Part shown: positions 52,518 through 64,000 of the stretch, in pieces
Numbering within the stretch: position 1 is the stretch's first letter
How the letters are laid out: every line of letters starts with the position of its first letter
Source of the DNA: Calcarisporiella thermophila CBS 279.70
Taxonomy: Eukaryota > Fungi > Calcarisporiellomycota
Assembly (NCBI RefSeq): GCF_041956535.1
Contig: NW_027192195.1
Span: forward strand, 474,150-538,149
DNA: 64,000 nucleotides
Direction of reading: 5' to 3'
Made by a program: the position numbers and the translations under genes
The notes under the pieces: model-generated
What the model was told of the DNA's origin: nothing
What the model saw: only the letters and a program-made list of their open reading frames with translations
Database searches by the model: none

Positions 52518-54100
52518 TTCTAATTTACTGAAACCGATCTGCTTCGAATAGCAATCTAGCTTTCTTTTTTTATCATTCAATTTGTTTATAATATATATAA
52601 ACTTATATATATATATATATTTGACTTCATCGATCTTATTTTTATTTCTATTACTATTTCTACTTCTACCTCTACTACTATTATTTTTATTTCTCTCTCG
52701 TATTACTTTCGTCATATTATCTCTCTTTTTCGTTCTTATAGCTTTCATTTATTTTTCTTTTTTAAACACTTGTATTTTGATTTTTCGTTTTACTCTAAAG
52801 CCGAGGATTTTTCTGTAAATCTATATATATCACCTTCAAAATTTAATTTTTATGTCGGAGATTAAGTGATTGACTAGAATAGATGAACATCTGGTGAAAA
52901 TAAATCACGGGTGGAAGGGGATGAGATGGGTGCAACTATTGAGCATCAAAGGTGTTCTCGCCTGAAAATATACGTGTATTCTACGTAATCACTTCATACG
53001 GGAAGGTTCACATACCGAAGAGCAAACCAAACTCCTTTCGATTCTTGAATTTTTAGGCTGTATCACGCAAGACGATAGAGCGGAGTAGCCTCTCTAGGCA
53101 CGGGATGACTGGAGATAATCAATACCCCAATCATTCTTTGCCAAAGAGTTGGGGCATTTCTGCTATCTTTTAATTTTCTTGCTGTTTGTGTAGCTTTTCG
53201 CCCAAAAGACTGGTTTTTGGAGATACGCTCTTCGGCGAATAGAGGAAATTGGAGCCATAGATGATCGTGCTGTCTGAGCGATAGTCCAATATGAGCCAAG
53301 GCATTTTGCATGCTGATACTTTCTATCTGCTCCGTTCTAGATCCCAGCTCAAAATCTTGCTGTGACTTAATTAATTTGGGGTTTTGTCCCCATAGTATCA
53401 AAAAAAAAAAAACGCAGCATTCGTTAGCCAACAGATAAGAGAATATCGATTGCGCAAAGCTAGTTTTAGGGGATCCGCGCCAGCTAGCCAAACTATGCAA
53501 ACAGTGTTGAAGTAATAACCAAGATACCCAATCTGGCGTTATTTTACAAGATATTAGGGTGTGATAAAACGGCTCCAAACCATTATGAAATAAACGCGGC
53601 GAGATGTTGGAGTGGCATTGGTGGAGGTAATGAAATCAAAATGCGCATATGCTTGCATATATGTGCCTTCATTATTTTCATCCTATGCAACTAGATGACA
53701 CGAAAGCTCCCATATAGAGGTTGTTTTCGGCTATTTTATGATCCATGAGGTCGAAAAAGCATTTCGGGCATGGGCACTTTGGTTTCCTCGGTCCTGTAGT
53801 CGCTTCCGCTGGGCAAAACTCTGGGAAGTGCGGGGCTGTGACCCTGCTAGAACATTTTGGTTTGGGCCGATTTCGGAAGACCTTTTCAAGTTCATTAAGA
53901 AAAACCTGCCAAATTAATTGATGGCAAAATGCGGGCTTCGATTTTTTTTGGCTTCCCCACAGTCTGATCCATCATTTTCACGTGTGCGATAAAGTCTCGT
54001 GGGGTAGGAAAACCTTATCTCGCTAATTTCACAGTCTCGTTTTCCCCAGCTTTTTTTCACTTTTATTCTCCTCTCGCTCGCTCTTTTTTTTTGTACACTA

Positions 54101-55989
54101 ATGGCGACGGAATTCATCACAACATTCGGCGCGGCGGTTACTGTGCCTGCTGCCTTGCTCACGTATTTTTGGCCTAATCGAGCTATTGGGTCAGACTACC
54201 GCCCCGATATCCCACACCCTCCAGAGTTTCCCTTGGTTGGAAGCTTACCGGACCTTATAGCAATGCAAGGATGCATCCACGATTTTATATCTGCGTAAAT
54301 ATCCTCAAGATCCTATGGCTTAAGAAACTTTTCTAACTTGTTCTGTGTGCAGGGCCCATCAGATCTTAGGCCAGACTTGGTATTTTTTTTTGTTTTTTCT
54401 CGCTACCCTTTCCCCTTTACTCATAGTTCTACACTCTTGGCTTGTTCGTAGGTCCTTCACTGCGCTGCTGTTCCCCCGTCAAATTATGACGATTGATGCG
54501 CGAAATGTGGAGCATGTTCTTAAAAGTAACCCTTGTTGTTTGCCTCCTTCATAGAGTAACCCAAACTCCTACTAACCTTGTCATTTTTACAGATAAATTC
54601 GAAAACTACTCGAAGGGCGATGATTTCCATACCAAAATGTTTGATATGTTCGGTGATGGCATCTTTAATGCCAATGGAGAAAAGTGGCGGTATCAGCGCA
54701 AGACTGCAAGTCATATCTTTAACGTGAAGAATTTCCGTGATTGGTTTACGGGTGTCTTCCTCGACGAGGCGAAAATTGCCTTCAAGATTCTAGACGAGCG
54801 CGCTGCTAACCTCGAAGAAATCGACTTGAACAACTTGTTCTACCGATACACGTTGGAGTCGTTCTTGAAGTAATTATCTTTCTTTTTTTTTTTTGTTTGC
54901 CGCAACTGGCTTTGCTGTAACATCGGTGCTCACTATCTTATTCCCTTGTCTCCTTCCTCTTTTCGCTTGTGTTTCTTATACCAGGATTGGGTTTGGTACT
55001 GCAATTGATGCCATGGATATGTCCAAGGATGTACAATTTGCCAAGTCCTTTGATTTTGTGCAGGTGAGCTAAACTCCTCTGCTTGTCTATTCTGCTCATT
55101 GGAACTAACTTATTTCATTGCAATTTTTAAGAGTGAGATTGGAATTCGTCAAGTTCAGCCTCTTTGGCGTATTACAGAAACCTTCTCCTCGCTCTTCTTC
55201 CCAAGCCGACGATTAAAAAAACACGTTAAGGTGGTAGACGAGTTTGCGCACAAAATCATTCAGGAGCGACGCAATAACCCAGACACGACTAAGCAAGATT
55301 TGCTCTCGCGATTTATTTTCAATACCAAAAATGAAAATGGAGAGCCTCTCAGCGACAAAGAGTTGCGCGATATTGTGCTCAACTTTATTATTGCGGGACG
55401 CGACACCACGGCAGGCACCTTGGCTTGGACATTCTACTGTCTAATGAACCACCCAGAAGTCGAAGCGAAAGTCTACGAGGAGGTGTGTTCACAGATTGGT
55501 GACAGAGACGAGCTGGAGCCGCAGGAGACCTACGAGGTGGTGAAGCGTCTCACCTACACCACCGCAGTATGGAACGAGGTGCTTCGACTCTTCCCGAGCG
55601 TGCCCTTGAACCAGAAGATGGCCATGTCCGACGATTTCCTCCCAGATGGTACGTTTGTGAAGAAGGGTGATCATGTTGTGTGGAGCTCCTACTCAATGGG
55701 TCGCAACGAGGCTATCTGGGGCCCGGATGCCAGAGAATTCAAACCAGAGCGCTGGCTCAAGGAAAATGAGCGCAAGCCATCGGCTTTCGAATGGCCCGCA
55801 TTCAATGCTGGCCCGCGAACCTGCCTTGGGCAGATGCTTGCGACCATTGAGGGCGTGCTCGTGATTGCGCTCCTCGTCAAGCGCTACCGTTTCCGCCTAG
55901 TCCCTGACCAAACTATCATGTATGCTATGAGTCTCACGCTACCCATGAAGGAGGGGATGAAGGTTATCGTGGAGAAGAGAAAACCCTAA
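54101..55989 (+). CDS. Cytochrome P450 (fatty-acid omega-hydroxylase-like, CYP86/704/CYP52-type)
   Basis: FGDGIFNANGEKWRYQRKTASHIF, NFIIAGRDTT, EVLRL, FKPERW, heme motif FNAGPRTCLG. Confidence 0.95.
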
Positions 55990-56593
55990 TTAGGTGTTCT
56001 GCGGAGTGCATCTCGTTTCACTTCACTAGCTTGTTTCTTTCTTTACTATTCTCTATTATTCTTATCACTATCCATATTTTAAACGTTTGTAATTCCTCTT
56101 ATATATATCTCCCAACGCTTATCGATAGGCTGAAGACCTATATAGTATACAGTAGATTTTTTCTCAATTCTTGTTTCCCGAAATTGCAAGAACCCTTGTT
56201 CAATTTCTTGTAGCTTAAATAAAATTCTTGGTAGAGTCTTCTTGCCAAAGAAAACTCTTATCTTGTTTGACTGAATATTTGGAACTGGAGTTGAGAGTTA
56301 AAGTTATGTATTGTTATTTCACTCAGTCACGTTAAGGCACTAAAGCACAATTGATCTATTGATATTAAGACTGACAATCGTTATTATGTCCGTTGGCTAA
56401 CTTAAATTTCGATGACCCAAGTAAGGTGTTCTGGGTTGAAACCAGGTATTCTACTGGTTTGTCTTTTCGCAAATAAAGATATTTTTTGATTTTGTTACGG
56501 TCTCTGTTTCAAGCAGATACTTGTATTCGTACATTTACACTGTGCTGCATTAAGAATAGGAAGTGGATAATTTACAATATATGCAAAACATCT

Positions 56594-59500
56594 TCAACTC
56601 ATCGATCCATAGGTTCTATTCCATTCCTCATACATGTTTAGATCTTTGTCGGAAACAGACGCACGGACTATAGAAAAAAAATCACAAGTTAGCTTTTACA
56701 ATTATGAAGTGAGAACTAAGTGAGAGTTCTTTTTACTTTGTGTAAGTGCCTCAAGGAAATCCTGGTGCTGAATCGGCCTAACATCCTCCGCTACAACATT
56801 ATTGCAATTGAGATTTAAAAATTGAAATTCAAATCACGTTATGGTTTAATAACTTACCAGAGATGCTTGTAATATCTCTGATGGATCGGATAGGACCTAG
56901 CGCAGCCTCTCTGCAAAGCCCATCCATATCCGAACCAGAGTAACCCTCTGTCAATTTCCCAATGTCCATAATTTCCTCCTCTGTTAAGGAGTGTTTTTGC
57001 CCTTGAAGGAGATTCTTCACTATACTGCATCGAGCTTCGCATTCTGGCAAGGGGATATACAAACGCTTTCGAAACCTTCTTCTTGCCGCCTCATCCAATT
57101 CTTGGGGTCGATTGGTCGCACCTACCACGAGAATACGATCCTTATCTGAGTCAGTGGTAACGCCATCGAACTGAATAAGGAACTCCGTCTTCATGCGGCG
57201 GGTCGCATCAAATTCTCCGTCTGTGCGCTGAGTAAGGAGGGAGTCGATCTCGTCGATAAATACGACAGAAGGCTGGTATACACGCGCAACCGCAAATAGG
57301 GCTCGCACCATTTTCTCTCCATCGCCAACCCACTTAGATGTAAGCGAGGAGGAGCTGATGCTGAAAAAGGTTGCGCCGGACTGGCTCGCAATACATTTGC
57401 CAATCAATGTCTTGCCCGTGCCGGGGGGACCAAATAATAGTAGGCCCTTGGGAGGGCCGCGCAGACCGTAGAAAATATCGGGTCGCATCATTGGCCAAGT
57501 AACGACTTCTTTTATGGTTTTTTTCGCGTGTTCCAGTCCAGCAATATCGTCCCATGAGACAGGCTGCGATTTGTCCATAATTTCATTTTGAATCATCTCT
57601 ATCATCCTCGGCTCAATATTGCGCAGACGCTCATCGGTGGGCTCCATGTCCTGTTCAGAAGGTTTGGACTTAGAGAGAACAGGATTACGCCGGGTGCGAT
57701 TGGTGCTTTCTTGATTGTAAAACCAATAGTCCTTCTTGAGCTGTTCAATATCATCCTCTTCTTCACATTCAGATTGCTTTAGTGGAGGAATGAATTGAGC
57801 TCCTCGCTTATTTGGGTGGGCTGCGCGTTTCCGATCCGGAGTATCCACGTCTGAAGCACTATCTCCCTGAATGACAGCACGTTTACGGCTCTCACTCAAA
57901 ACCTTCTTCATCTCCTGTCTTTCTCCTTTTTCCAATATTGCCTATTGGGTGCATGTTATTTTTTTAGAGTTAAGGAATAGTGTATCCAGAATGCAAAATA
58001 CCAGTTGCTTTGCCGTCACGAAAGGGCTTGTTGTGCCTCCAAGAGGCGCTTCTTCAGTCGGAGAGTTTTCTAATCTGGTTTTCTGCTTCTAAATACTCAG
58101 TTAGATTCTGGCAATAGATTTTTTTTTTAAAAAATAAAAGTATGCATATTTACCGCTTCATTCTGATGAGTAGTAGATTGAGTAATTTCCTGATTTTCGC
58201 TTCCAAAAATTTCCTGTTTCTTGAGATTCATATGGTGACTACTCGGGTTCTGCAAAGACATAGATGCACCTTCCAATTCTCCACTGCCTCTTTGATTTTT
58301 CAGTTTTTCAGCGTTAGGTGTATTGCGAAGATCTTGCCTGAGAGGAGATTTCTTTAGAGCAATTTGGCTTACAACTCCCCCTCTTAAATCTTGATCTTCT
58401 TCAGGCTTGTAAACGGAGTGCGTTGGTCCTTGAGCCTTGTGCTTTCGATCCTGAGGAGATCCCGACACATCTGAGATCTTACTTTGCATTGACGGGAGAG
58501 TTTGTATAGGCTGGGAATTGGGTAGCTGTGAGGAACCTTGCATCCCGCCTTCTCTCTCTTCTTCCTCCTCTTCCTGATATATTGCCCAGATAGGCCGACG
58601 CTCTGATCTCTTTGTTCTACTTGTAATCCCAGTGGAAGTAGACTGCTCTTCGTTGAGGTCACTGGAATAGTCCTCATCGTATCCTGCCTCATCGGCATTC
58701 AATGGTTCATTAAAAGATTCTTTCTCTGCTGGCTGGCTACATAGCTCCTCTTCGCTTTCCATGCTTTCAATCGCGGATCGCTCTATTTGTTGCATCTCTT
58801 GCATCAGACCGCGCATAAGATGCTCCTCAATATATCCATTGGGGAAGCCTGGAAAATAAAATATGATTTGTTGGAATTTACAACAATAGAAAGGAGGAGG
58901 GGAGATACCTTTGCAGTAATCTATAATATTTTTCCACATTTTATTCGATCGCAAGAATTCCGCATTTCCAACCAAAATAAGATGCCGACGAGCACGCGAT
59001 AAAGCTACATTGATTCTCAATGGATTGTTGGCGAAGCCGATTTGCTCAGAGCGTACACATGACAGAATTATAATCTCTCTCTCTGCGCCCTATGCAAAAT
59101 GCTTCCAGTAACGGTCAATAGCTTAAAATTGCTAATATACATACTTGAAATGCATCCACTGTGCTAACTTGAGGAAGGCCTGATTTTTTGTTAGTGCTGG
59201 TATTGCGTTCATTCCCCCCCTGTAGAGCTTTCTCGATTTTGCTTGCCTGCATTTTGTCTTGTTGGAGTTATAGAGTTAGTTACACAAATAATTATCGATG
59301 AGAGCAGTAATGAGGTTTTACAAAGAGCAATGACACCAATCTCCGAGGCTCGCACTTGTAACTCTAGGAGCCGAGTGATGATTCGAATAATTACATCTAT
59401 TTCTCTTTGATTGTACAGAGATTTGGACCCTGGATCGAGTTTTTCCTAATAAAATGGTAGAGACCAAGTCATTTTCCTTAGGTGGGACTCAATATAAATA

Positions 59501-62500
59501 AAGACTAGCTTCTTACATTGCCGGGTATATTGAGAAAACATAAAGTTGGTAGCCCGTTCACAATCGGCGACCGATTTTCGTCACTGACGCCATTCAATAG
59601 ACGCGAAGAGTAAAAGAGTGAGTTGCATACTCCCGCAATCTGTGGGTGACAGCGGTACTGGGTTCGTAACAGTATAGGCTTATGGTTCAACTATCAGAAT
59701 ATCAATGCGTTACTCCATATACATCGAGACATTCGACTGCAAGATACTCACCTCCACCAACCGATTGAATAGTGACCGATCAAGCCCCGAATCAATATTT
59801 TTCAGGTCGCATTTGGTTTGAATCGTTGGGGGAAGCTAAAAATAAGCATAGAATGAAGTTTTGCGTCCGCTATACGATAAATTTTTGCAATTTACCTGAA
59901 GTGGATCTCCCACCATAATCAAACGTTCACATCCAAAACGGCACAAAGGCACAAGAGCCATGGGTTCAGTGATTTGTGATGCCTTTTACAATTAAAAGAG
60001 AAGGTTAGTTTAAATACGGAGCATAAGTGTGTGTTCAACTTGCCTCGTCCAATATTGCAATGCGAAACTTCATATCACCAAAAATATCTAACATGGACGC
60101 CATACAAGTCGTACCTATCCATGCATTTAGTCACTCCAGCTCTAGAGCCTATTAGAGAAAAATATATACACACCAACCACCAAAGCGCGTTTAAGGAGCT
60201 GCTGATTCTCACTCTGCTTGAATCGTCGTATGGTTTCCTGTACAAGGCGACGCTCACTTGACGATATCTGGTCATCATCGAGTATAGATTTAAGTTCTTT
60301 GAGTTCTATATCCGAAAATGAAAATAAAGTCATATGGTGAGACACAATAAGTAACGTAACAAATTCATATATGTACCTTCATCACTGGATTGTCTTCGTT
60401 GAGCGGTAAAGGGTAAAATTCGTTTCGCAATCTTTTTTATACTATTAAAGAAAAAACAAAAGTAAGCGCTGGAGTCTTTAGGCGCTATAGCGATTATACC
60501 TTCCAACGCGTGCAAACTCTTCAAATTCAAGATCCAGTAGTTGTAGTAATATTCGATCCACTGCTACGTTCTATCAGTAAATATTAAGAATACCAATTTT
60601 AGGCTTCACGTATAAAAAAACTACTATACCGTTATTGAAGTTATAAGTATTTGAAAAGGGTAAGCAAATTCTTCCACGGCATCGTCGGCATCATTGTCAT
60701 TAGACTTAGTAGAGCGATGTATAAGCTGAAAAACTCTTTGCACGAAAATGACTAGCACAGCTATTAAATAGCTGAAAGAAAATTTGTTGTTCCAATATTA
60801 TTCTTTTATGATAATAGGTCTCAACTAACCTCTTGCCAGCTCCAAAAACACCTTTTTGAGATATGATTGAGTGATCTATGCTATTTTGGATGAAGAATGC
60901 AATAGCTTACCGTGAACCAGGAATATGGGGGATGGAGGTGATTCACTGTTAATTGCGGCAATAATTCCCTCAGAAAAACGCCTCAAAACGCTATTCTCCG
61001 GTATAGAGTAAGGTATTATTTCTTTATAACATCACAAGAAGAAAAATTGACACACCTGGTTTGGTCCTCGTTCAAATGGTAATCCAAAATGGTTCTTTCA
61101 ATGACATCTTGCAATCCAATTTCCATTGCTTCTTCGGCACTCATCAAAGGTAAAGTGCGACTTTTAATAGGAATAATAAGAGGAGGCTTGAATCTTCCAG
61201 GTCCTACAGGTCCAGCTAAAATATTTTGTGCATCGTGAGAATGTTTGAGTATTAGAGGCAGCAGCGGAGAATTAGTAAGGCATTCTCGAAGATTGTCTTT
61301 TATATAGGGAAGTTAGATATCAATATAAATGCATGAATATTATATCCTATACCAAGCATCATCATCTCAGCATTCACGTTGATTAGTCTAAGCGCAAATA
61401 CACGCTGGGTATTTTTCGCGAGTGATCTAGCAATCTCAGAGTCTCGAGGAAATATACATTGAATCTATATATATATGTAAAATTTGGAATCGTAACAAAA
61501 ATGCTCACTAAAAGCAAACTGTGTATAGACAATCGACTCACTTCAAGGGTAGAATCGCTAAAAGGGCCATAAAATGTGCTGCGAGCCAAAAAAGTGGACG
61601 CAGGTTCGAAATCTACAGAAGAGGAGACGACCCACATATCATCTTATGGAATGGAGGTAAACGCATGATTTTGGAGCCCAAAATTACTATATAAAAATAT
61701 CAAGAATATATACCTTTCGAGTAACTATGAGGAAATGACAGATATCAGTGTTAATATAGGTAAGCACCATATCAACTCCTAATCAATTGAAATTTACACT
61801 GAGTGATGCTCTTTTTCAGAGAGCTGCAAAAGTACAATCTCTAGCTCTACGCACACATCAGAGAATAGTTCACTCGAGTTGGGATAGCTGCTACTATCCA
61901 TATTTCGTCCAAGGGTCGGGAATATATTCTGAGGTGATGCCAATCTGTTATGTTTGAGAAATCGCTCAAAATTAAGATCAAGTGAAAACTGCTTTTTAAG
62001 TTAGATTCACCTCAAGCCGCATCCCTTATAAAAGCCCATTCCATGTGATCGGAAATAGTATTCCACATTGTTAATATTTGGCATCTTCTGCTTGTTATAT
62101 TTGTCGAAGAGCATCCGGAATTGGATCGACAAGGTATTAAGAAGTATTTGCAAGTGTTCATAGATGGCATGGGTGAATATCTCTCTATATTGTAGAGCAG
62201 ACGACTAGAAAAATATCAAGAATGTGTCAGAGAGTATTTTAATAGTATCAAATCGATGCATCATTCTCACAAAAAGGGTAGGTATTCGTGCGCGACGTAT
62301 TAAATGCTCCTTGTTCCGTACTAGTAATTCGCAATGAGAAATACTCGGAAATTCCAAGCTTAATGGGGATGATCTAAATATTCGATATAGAATAAGTTCA
62401 CTGTAATACTCCACAAGAGACTCTATGCATACTTGAAAATATTCTTCAGTGGTACCGGTGTTGGCGTTTTAATGGTATCACTAGTGTTGGAGGGGACAAG

Positions 62501-63297
62501 AGAATTCAGTCACAATCACTATCATTTGTATACATTAAATAGAAATATGGACGATAAATCACCCCTCCTTAACTTCGCTGGTAATTTTTCCATTAGGTTT
62601 AAGTAACGCACGTGAGGAGACTATGTCAACTGTATTCTCAGCGGTTCTTTCGGTAGTATTGGTAGCGGACAATGGAGTGTTAAAGGAAGTGGGCCTATTA
62701 AGCCCAATTTTTCTTCGCTTTACTGACGGTATTACTCCTTCTACCGGCTTTACCAGGTTCTCGTTCGATGATTTGAGTGATTCAACTGTAACTAGGTGTC
62801 GATCAAACTCAAGTTCATCGCCAACGGAAATAGTGCGACCCTTTGCGAACAAGCTGAGTCCAAAAACATTATTTGATGATTATGAGGAGAAAATCATATA
62901 TATATGAATTGTACCTATCGATCTTAGTATTATTGTCATCATATAGAACGATCTGTTGGAGAAAAAATCGCGAGGTGAACAAAAGTATTGGTTATTTGGA
63001 ATGAGTTTATATTAATTAAACAAATGTTATGTGTGAATATAAAATATATATACCTTGGCATTAGAGCTGAAATATTTCAAGAAGCCTAAAGAGAGAAGAG
63101 CGCGGATAATGTTGGATTAGAAGATCATGCACGGAAATGGGAAATATGATTGTGAATGGGATATGAATTCGAAAATAAATTTCAAATGAAAAGTATCCCG
63201 TACCGTCTTGCCACACTTTTGTCTTCTTGTGTTTCTGAGAAGTGTACAGAACAACATAATGTTCAAAAGAATCGTCCGATTCGGAATTCGCTTTCAT
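56594..63297 (-). CDS. Putative fusion protein: DUF2439 + ZGRF1-type Upf1-like SF1 helicase + acidic linker + FIGNL1-type RAD51-binding region and AAA+ ATPase
   Basis: [19 protein letters not shown] (DUF2439); helicase motifs VHG|VFGAGK, NVAVDR, LDE|[50 protein letters not shown]; then [59 protein letters not shown]. Linking exon 58002-58088 is in frame. Confidence 0.8.
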
Positions 63298-63562
63298 GAC
63301 TCGTGGATTTTCGATCAATCTCAGTGCTGCATTGCTTTAGCACCGAAGCACAGGACAGAGGAGGTTGAAACTTCTCTATTGTATGAATGCATACGCGTAA
63401 AATCGAGTAATATACCAAACCAGTCACAAAATAATTTATTCTTTTTCAATTTACACGATCAATTCAAGATACAAGCTATATAACATATATGATGTAATAA
63501 TAAAAAATATAATGAAATAATATGTATGATACAAAATACACGCAACTATACAATTCACGCTG

Positions 63563-64000
63563 TTACTGCTTATGTACTGTTTGTTTTACCGTTTTCACGG
63601 TCTCTTTTATGTACTCGTTGATAGTGTTGGTGAATTGTTCATCGACAATTTCAGCCTCTTCCTCTTCAAATCTCTTGAGCGATTGAATGCTCTCACGCTG
63701 CAATTCATCGATAGATTTGTCAGGGTTCCTATCAGCCTTGACTACCGCTTCTGAGTGGGAAGCCAGAAGCTCATTCCAATCCTTTACTTTGCCTAAATAT
63801 GGGGGGCCACGTTAGGCTGCCAAATAGTGTGGGGTTAATCTCCTATATACATACTATTTAATAGTTTTCTCTTTTCTCTTTCCAACACCACGGGGTCATC
63901 GTCGCTCATGTGCGAACCAACCGAGTATTGCCTCAGTAATGCAGGTCTAGCAATCGAAAAACGAACAGTAAAATTGGTGGCGGAAACGCAACGGAATCGA
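63563..64000 (-). CDS. Small conserved uncharacterised fungal protein, probably mitochondrial (5'-partial)
   Basis: Spliced reading HMSDDDPVVLEREKRKLLN...KVKDWNELLASHSEAVVKADRNPDKSIDELQRESI; stop at 63563-63565. Confidence 0.65.

Noticed and set aside
52479-53578. Hydrophobic or low-complexity ORFs downstream of the PHD gene
   Set aside because: AT-rich 3'UTR and intergenic sequence with no recognisable domain.
45657-55989. Possible secondary-metabolite cluster (DJ-1, protease, P450)
   Set aside because: No backbone synthase, and housekeeping genes (RPS15, PHD) are interspersed.

Overview
Intron-rich eukaryotic DNA from an early-diverging (non-Dikarya-like) fungus. The basis is short GT-AG introns with CTAAC-type branch points, fungal genes (Zn2Cys6 TF, Mga2/Spt23, DASH Spc19, Kre9-like) and genes largely lost in Dikarya (B12-dependent methylmalonyl-CoA mutase, GPLD1-like). 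There are about 24 protein genes, one tRNA-Phe(GAA) and a 712-nt assembly gap. Gene models were spliced by eye and no database search was run. Highlights: (1) a continuous spliced reading frame joining a ZGRF1/Mte1-type DUF2439 + SF1 helicase to a FIGNL1-type RAD51-binding region (FxxA/FxxP) and AAA+ ATPase (56594-63297); (2) a nest of Ty3/Gypsy-like LTRs and a 5'-truncated LINE with a perfect 16-bp TSD, stacked directly upstream of the tRNA gene, suggesting tRNA-gene targeting; (3) a NIPA-type Mg2+ transporter with a signal peptide and Cys-rich ectodomain; (4) an Spc19 with a long C-terminal extension; (5) an intronless, apparently secreted DJ-1/InhA-like enzyme.
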